Source: an uncultured Verrucomicrobiota bacterium | GTDB lineage: Bacteria > Verrucomicrobiota > Verrucomicrobiia > Limisphaerales > MWDV01 | Reading direction: 5' to 3' | NCBI GenBank assembly: GCA_964634255.1 | Contig: CAZWJC010000008.1 | Span: forward strand, 381 to 64,380 | DNA length: 64,000 bases | Shown here: in pieces, positions 59,669 through 64,000 of the stretch | Position numbering within the stretch: the first letter of the stretch is position 1 | Layout: each line of letters starts with the position of its first letter | Notes under the pieces: model-generated | Databases searched by the model: none | What the model was told of the DNA's origin: nothing | Seen by the model: the letters and a program-made list of their open reading frames with translations, nothing else | Program-made: the position numbers and the translations under genes

Positions 59669-59876
59669 GCGCCGCGAGTTCATCCGCAGACTCCGAGCGC
59701 TCGGCTTCGACGGCCCGTGGTCCGGCACGCGTCATCAGTTCATGATTCTCAGACAGCACCGCCAGACGATTCCCAGCAACGCCGAGTTCTCCGTGCCGCA
59801 AGTCCGCCTGTTGGTGCGCCAAGTTGAATCCGTCCTTGAACGTCCGGTTTCTCCGGACGAATGGGACTCCCTGTAA
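59646..59876 (+). CDS. hicA: HicA-family mRNA-interferase toxin
   Basis: MAAWRPLKRREFIRRLRALGFDGPWSGTRHQFMILRQHRQTIPSNAEFSVPQVRLLVRQV matches the HicA/YcfA pattern (...e.ik.L...GF......GsHh.f......tvP.h.e.....l..ilkq.). It overlaps hicB by 23 bp. Confidence 0.7.
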   Translation: MAAWRPLKRREFIRRLRALGFDGPWSGTRHQFMILRQHRQTIPSNAEFSVPQVRLLVRQVESVLERPVSPDEWDSL

Positions 59877-59949
59877 ATGGCGGACGCTTTGAACCATCAG
59901 CTCCAAGGCACAGCTCGCCAGGGCGAGGGCAACCGATTGACGCAATACC

Positions 59950-60810
59950 ATGAAACCCGCCAACACCCTCCAAGTCTCCTGCGTGCAACTCCACTGGGCG
60001 AAGCCGCTGGAGCGCAATCTCGAACGCACGCTGAACTACATCCGGCTCGCGGCCGGCGAGGGCAGCCGCGTGGTGTTGTTCCCGGAAGCGAATCTGACCG
60101 GTTATGACTTTCCTGATGTGCTCAAGCTGTCGCCAGCAGCCGTCCAGCAGGCATTGGACGAGACCTGCCGCGCGGCGGCGGCGGCGGGCATCTGGGTGAT
60201 CGTCGGCACGCTCAAGAAGACTTCAGACCGCTTCCTGAATCTGGCGCATGTCATTTCGCCCGAAGGACGCATCGTGCATGAGTACGCGAAGGTTCACATG
60301 GCCGGGCGCGACGAGAAGCAATACTGCCGCGGCGGCAACAAGCTTTCGCTCTTCGAGGTTGACGGCGTGCTCTGCACGGTGGTCATCTGCCGCGACGGAC
60401 GGCACCCGGAGTTGTATCGCCTGCCCGCCATGGCCGGCGCGCAGATTCTGTTTCATCCCTCATGCAGTTCGGATGAAGTCGAGGCGGTGTTGTGGAAGCG
60501 CGTGGCAGGCCGGGCGCAGCAGCCGATTGGGCCAAACAGCAGAATCTTCCATTGCGTCGCCAACACGGTCGGACAGTCCGCGGACGGCAAACAGACCTCC
60601 AGCGGCCAGTCGTTCATCCGCGAGCCGTCCGGGATGCCGTTGGCCGAGGCCGGCTATTACCAGGAAGAAATGATCACGGCCGTGCTCGACTTGGAACGCG
60701 CCGACCGAAGCTACGTGGTGGACAGCCTGAATGCCCCGCCTTTTCTGAGTCGCTACTGGGAGGAAATGGTCAAAGAGGTTAAGGCGCGGGCGAACCTCAA
60801 GCCCGAATGA
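59950..60810 (+). CDS. Carbon-nitrogen hydrolase (nitrilase superfamily) protein
   Basis: The Glu-Lys-Cys triad contexts are VVLFPEANLTGY (Glu), HEYAKVHMAG (Lys) and CTVVICRDGRHPE (Cys). Confidence 0.82.
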   Translation: MKPANTLQVSCVQLHWAKPLERNLERTLNYIRLAAGEGSRVVLFPEANLTGYDFPDVLKLSPAAVQQALDETCRAAAAAGIWVIVGTLKKTSDRFLNLAHVISPEGRIVHEYAKVHMAGRDEKQYCRGGNKLSLFEVDGVLCTVVICRDGRHPELYRLPAMAGAQILFHPSCSSDEVEAVLWKRVAGRAQQPIGPNSRIFHCVANTVGQSADGKQTSSGQSFIREPSGMPLAEAGYYQEEMITAVLDLERADRSYVVDSLNAPPFLSRYWEEMVKEVKARANLKPE

Positions 60811-60921
60811 CGTGATGAAGGGAAACCGCCAGGCCGTCTCAAAGTTCTGTGGCAGCGGACGTGAGTCCGTTCCGCTGCGTTTGGAGCAAAGCGAGCTGAC
60901 GTTCGCTGCTGCAACCTCAGC

Positions 60922-61335
60922 ATGAAATCTGTTCCCAAGATCGCCACGACCGGCGAATTCAAGTTCACCGTCGGTCCGGAGCACAACATCACCTTCGCTA
61001 CGGACGGCATGCCGGCGGTGTTGAGCACGCCGAACCTGATCGGCCTGATCGAGCGCACTGCCCGGGAGTCCTTGCAGCCGTTCCTCGAAGCGGACGAACG
61101 CACGGTCGGCACGGAAATCGAGTTGCGGCATCTCGCGCCCACGCCACTGGGGGCGCGGGTCAGCATCACGACGCGCGTCATTCACGTCGAAGGGCGGAAG
61201 GTTTCGTTCCAAGTCGAGGCGCGGGACGAGGCGGAGCTGATTGCGCGCGGCTTGCACGAACGCGCCGTGATCCGGGTGGGCAGCTTTGCGCGGCGGTTGG
61301 AACGGAAGGCGGCGGGAGGCGGCACGTTGGCGTGA
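60922..61335 (+). CDS. Hotdog-fold thioesterase (FlK/fluoroacetyl-CoA-thioesterase-like family)
   Basis: The 137-aa product reads ...FTVGPEHNITFATDGMPAVLSTPNLIGLIERTARESLQPFLEADERTVGTEIELRHLAPTPLGARVSITTRVIHVEGRKVSFQVEARDE, typical of this hotdog subfamily. Confidence 0.72.
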   Translation: MKSVPKIATTGEFKFTVGPEHNITFATDGMPAVLSTPNLIGLIERTARESLQPFLEADERTVGTEIELRHLAPTPLGARVSITTRVIHVEGRKVSFQVEARDEAELIARGLHERAVIRVGSFARRLERKAAGGGTLA

Positions 61336-62354
61336 ACGCGCAGCTCCAGCAACTGCTCAAGCGGACCTCCCGCTCGTTCTATCTGACGCTGCGGGTGCTG
61401 CCGGGCGCGGTGCGTTCGCAAATCGGCCTCGCCTACCTGCTGGCCCGCACCACGGACACCATTGCGGACACCGGTATTGTCTCCGTGGAGCAACGGCTGG
61501 CGGCGCTGCAGAAGCTGCGCCAGCGGATTCAAGGGAGCAGCAGCGTCGCGCTGGACTTCGGCGAACTGGCCCGGCATCAGGGTTTGCCTGCCGAACGCCT
61601 CTTGCTGGAACGTTGCGAGGAGGGCCTCGCCGCGTTGCAGGCGCTTTCGCCGACCGACGCACGACTTGTGCGGCAAGTTCTGGAGACGATCACCAGCGGG
61701 CAGGAGTTGGACTTGCGGCGCTTCGCTGGGGCTTCCGGGCAGCACATCATTGCGCTGCAAACGGACGCCGACCTGGACGATTACACCTATCGCGTGGCGG
61801 GTTGCGTGGGCGAGTTTTGGACGCGGATGTGCCGGGCGCATCTCTTCCCGCGGGCGAAGCTGGATGATGCGCAGTTGCTGGCGGATGGCGTGCGATTCGG
61901 TAAGGGGCTGCAACTCGTAAACATCCTCCGCGACCTGCCGGCGGATTTGCGTCAGGGCCGGTGTTACTTGCCGTCGGAACGGCTCGCGGCCGTTGGCCTG
62001 CAACCGACAGATTTGCTTCAGCCGACGAACGCGCCCAAGCTCAGTCCGCTTTACTACGAATACCTGGATCGTGCACTGGCGCACTTGGCGGCGGGCTGGG
62101 GCTACACGAACGCGCTGCCGCGCGGACAGGTGCGGGTGCGATTGGCCTGTGCGTGGCCGATTCTCATCGGCGCGCGGACGTTGGAACGCCTGCGCGTTGC
62201 CAATCCGTTGGATGGAACACATCGAGTAAAAGTAAGCCGCGCCGACGTGCGCGGCATCCTGCTGCGATCTGTCTGGCTTTACCCGCGCCGGGCGGCGTGG
62301 GTAGACCAGTTTCCGGCTGGGAATGCTGTTGCGTCGGGCCGTCATTTGCCGTAA
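61332..62354 (+). CDS. Squalene/phytoene synthase family protein (head-to-head prenyl diphosphate synthase)
   Basis: The GTG start overlaps the previous stop (GTGA). Motifs are TSRSFYLTLRVLP, the first Asp-rich box ARTTDTIADT, then YTYRVAGCVGEFW and LQLVNILRDLPADLRQGRCYLP (second box region). Confidence 0.82.
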   Translation: MNAQLQQLLKRTSRSFYLTLRVLPGAVRSQIGLAYLLARTTDTIADTGIVSVEQRLAALQKLRQRIQGSSSVALDFGELARHQGLPAERLLLERCEEGLAALQALSPTDARLVRQVLETITSGQELDLRRFAGASGQHIIALQTDADLDDYTYRVAGCVGEFWTRMCRAHLFPRAKLDDAQLLADGVRFGKGLQLVNILRDLPADLRQGRCYLPSERLAAVGLQPTDLLQPTNAPKLSPLYYEYLDRALAHLAAGWGYTNALPRGQVRVRLACAWPILIGARTLERLRVANPLDGTHRVKVSRADVRGILLRSVWLYPRRAAWVDQFPAGNAVASGRHLP

Positions 62355-62363
62355 TAAACGGTC

Positions 62364-63134
62364 ATGCGGATCTCAAAAACACTCTCCTTGTTTTGCGTGG
62401 GGACGCTCTCGCTGAGCGGGCTGACGCTGCATGCGGCGGACACGGAAGCGCAGGCGAAGGCGCGGGAAGCTTTGCGCCAGCAGATGCAACAGCCGAGTGC
62501 CCAGCCGTCTGCTGCGGCGGTGCCCAGCCAGAGTAACGCGGCCGCCGGTCTCCCGGATTCGGACACCACCGCCAAAACACGCGCGGCGGTTCGCCAGAAG
62601 CTGAGTGACCTCAATCGCGTGGACGCGGCCAGCAAGGTAGCGCAACCTCCGCCCGCGGATTCGGAGACGACCGCCAAGGCGCGCGCGGCCCTGCGGCAGA
62701 AGATGGGCGAGCTTTCGACCCAACCTTCGCCGGAAGCGATCCGGGCCGAGGAAGCCAAGGCCGCCGCTGCCAAGGCGAAAGCGGATGCTGAGGCGGCCAA
62801 GGCCGCGGAAAAGGCCAGAGCGGAACAAGCCAAAGCGGAAGCGGAGAAGGCCAAGCAGGAAGCGGCCCGCGCGAAAGCTGCCGCGGAAGCCGAAGCTGCC
62901 AAGGCAAAGGCGGAAGCCGCCGCCCGGGCGGAAGCGGAAAAGCAGGCTATGAAAGAAGCCGAGAAGAAGCAGACGAAAGCGCCTGAAGCCGCCGCCCAGC
63001 CGGTCGCAGCCCCCGTTGGAGAGACCGGCAGCAAGGAAGCCCGGCTGGCGGAGTTGCTCGAGCTTTACAAGGCTGACAAGATTACGCCGCAGGAATACCA
63101 TACCAAGCGGGCCAAGATCATCGCCGAGCGGTAA
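62364..63134 (+). CDS. Secreted Lys/Ala/Glu-rich coiled-coil protein with C-terminal SHOCT-like motif
   Basis: The signal peptide is MRISKTLSLFCVGTLSLSGLTLHA. There are three copies of D[ST](D/E)T.AK.R(A/E)A[LV]RQ[QK][ML] and a long (K/E)A(E/K)A run. The C-terminus ELLELYKADKITPQEYHTKRAKIIAER is SHOCT-like. Confidence 0.7.
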   Translation: MRISKTLSLFCVGTLSLSGLTLHAADTEAQAKAREALRQQMQQPSAQPSAAAVPSQSNAAAGLPDSDTTAKTRAAVRQKLSDLNRVDAASKVAQPPPADSETTAKARAALRQKMGELSTQPSPEAIRAEEAKAAAAKAKADAEAAKAAEKARAEQAKAEAEKAKQEAARAKAAAEAEAAKAKAEAAARAEAEKQAMKEAEKKQTKAPEAAAQPVAAPVGETGSKEARLAELLELYKADKITPQEYHTKRAKIIAER

Positions 63135-63153
63135 GTTTGGATTTCCTCCAACG

Positions 63154-63182
63154 CCCGCCGGATGGAAGTCTGGCGGGTTTTT
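63154..63182 (+). terminator. Rho-independent terminator
   Basis: CCCGCCGGA-TGGAAG-TCTGGCGGG is a 9-bp stem with one G.U pair, followed by TTTTT, 20 bp after the stop at 63134. Confidence 0.62.
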
Positions 63183-63219
63183 CGTTGACCCCCATAACAC
63201 ACGAGAGTTTTTTTGATCT

Positions 63220-64000
63220 ATGCACTATTTCCGTTACGTCGGAAGCCAATTGTTTTGTGAAGGTGTCGCCGTCGAGGCGTTGGCCCGCAAGTTCGGGACG
63301 CCGCTCTACGTCTATTCGCACCGGACCCTTACCGAGCATTTCGCGCGGCTGGACATGGCCATGGCGGATGTCGAGCACCTGATTTGTTTCGCAGTGAAGT
63401 CGAACTCGAACCAGTCCGTGCTGCGGACCGTGGCGAACTTGGGCGGCGGCTTTGACATTGTCAGCGCCGGTGAGCTCCAGCGGGTTATTGCCGCCGGGGG
63501 CGACGCGCGGAAGTGTGTGTTCGCCGGCGTGGGCAAGACCGAGGCAGAAATCGAGTTTGCGCTCCGGCGCGGCGTGTATTGCTTCAACGCCGAGAGTGAA
63601 CCCGAGCTGCAGCGGATCAACCGTATTGCGGCGAAGTTGCGCAAGGTGGCGCCGGTGGCCGTGCGCGTGAATCCGGATGTGGAGGCGCACACCCACGCGA
63701 AGATCACCACCGGCACGTACGAGAACAAGTTCGGTATCGCGCTGGAACAAGTGGAAGGCGTGTATGCTCGCGCAGCAAAGCTGAAGAACCTGCGCCTGCG
63801 CGGTGTGCAGATGCACATCGGGTCGCAGCTTACCCAAGTCGGGCCGTTCGAGCAGGCGGTGCAGCGTATCGCCCCGCTGGCGGAACGCCTGAAAGCGCGG
63901 CACGGGATCGAGTTCTTCAGCCTCGGCGGCGGGTTGGGCATCGTTTACCAGAACGCGTTAGCCAGTGGGGATGCGGCTTGGTGGCGTTCCAAGTCCGCGC
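63220..64000 (+). CDS. lysA: Diaminopimelate decarboxylase, N-terminal ~260 aa (gene runs off the right edge)
   Basis: My own translation from ATG 63220 gives MHYFRYVGSQLFCEGVAVEALARKFGTPLYVYSHRTLTEHFARLDMAMADVEHLICFAVKSNSNQSVLRTVANLGGGFDIVSAGELQRVIAAGGDARKCVFAGVGKT.... This shows the PLP-lysine context (AVKSN) and the fold-type-III decarboxylase pattern. It is open to the window end, so it is absent from the ORF track. Confidence 0.85.
   Translation, partial: MHYFRYVGSQLFCEGVAVEALARKFGTPLYVYSHRTLTEHFARLDMAMADVEHLICFAVKSNSNQSVLRTVANLGGGFDIVSAGELQRVIAAGGDARKCVFAGVGKTEAEIEFALRRGVYCFNAESEPELQRINRIAAKLRKVAPVAVRVNPDVEAHTHAKITTGTYENKFGIALEQVEGVYARAAKLKNLRLRGVQMHIGSQLTQVGPFEQAVQRIAPLAERLKARHGIEFFSLGGGLGIVYQNALASGDAAWWRSKSA

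Overview
GC-rich bacterial chromosomal window. A PEP-CTERM tail, a DUF1559/prepilin-type (H-X9-DG) protein, BNR/Asp-box sialidase-like proteins and several very large multidomain exported proteins suggest Verrucomicrobiota or another PVC-group organism; this is inference from gene content, not a search result. I support about 45 protein genes, one tRNA-Leu(CAG), two convincing intrinsic terminators and a few weaker regulatory calls. Housekeeping genes (nagB, infA, pyrF, hisD, bioD, argH, lysA, M42 peptidase, squalene/phytoene synthase) are interspersed with accessory loci. (i) A sialic-acid/amino-sugar-like cluster lies at 0.5-8 kb. (ii) Two convergent giant genes lie at 11.1-28.4 kb. One encodes a 1,769-aa protein with an HExxHxxGxxH motif plus PKD, PA14 and Calx-beta-like domains. 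The other encodes a ~3,980-aa protein with four ~263-aa glycine-rich repeats, CARDB and Calx-beta-like modules, a Cys-rich amphipathic-beta core, an HExxH...NExxD motif and an in-frame G10 tract. (iii) There are also a kexin-like S8 protease, an RCC1-Ig-vWA protein and a 1,012-aa PD40-repeat protein. The most interesting observation is that five of these large exported proteins end in the same unnamed ~60-70 aa C-terminal module terminating in [FY][FY]R[VL], which could be a sorting or anchoring tag. Smaller items are a visibly lower-GC islet with a membrane protein plus DUF433-HicB-HicA, an unlisted 57-aa ribbon-helix-helix ORF after an SPFH gene, and an anti-sigma factor with no adjacent sigma gene. 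No CRISPR array, rRNA, transposase, integrase or known phage-defence genes were seen. Many long ORFs in the track are antisense artefacts of the high GC content.
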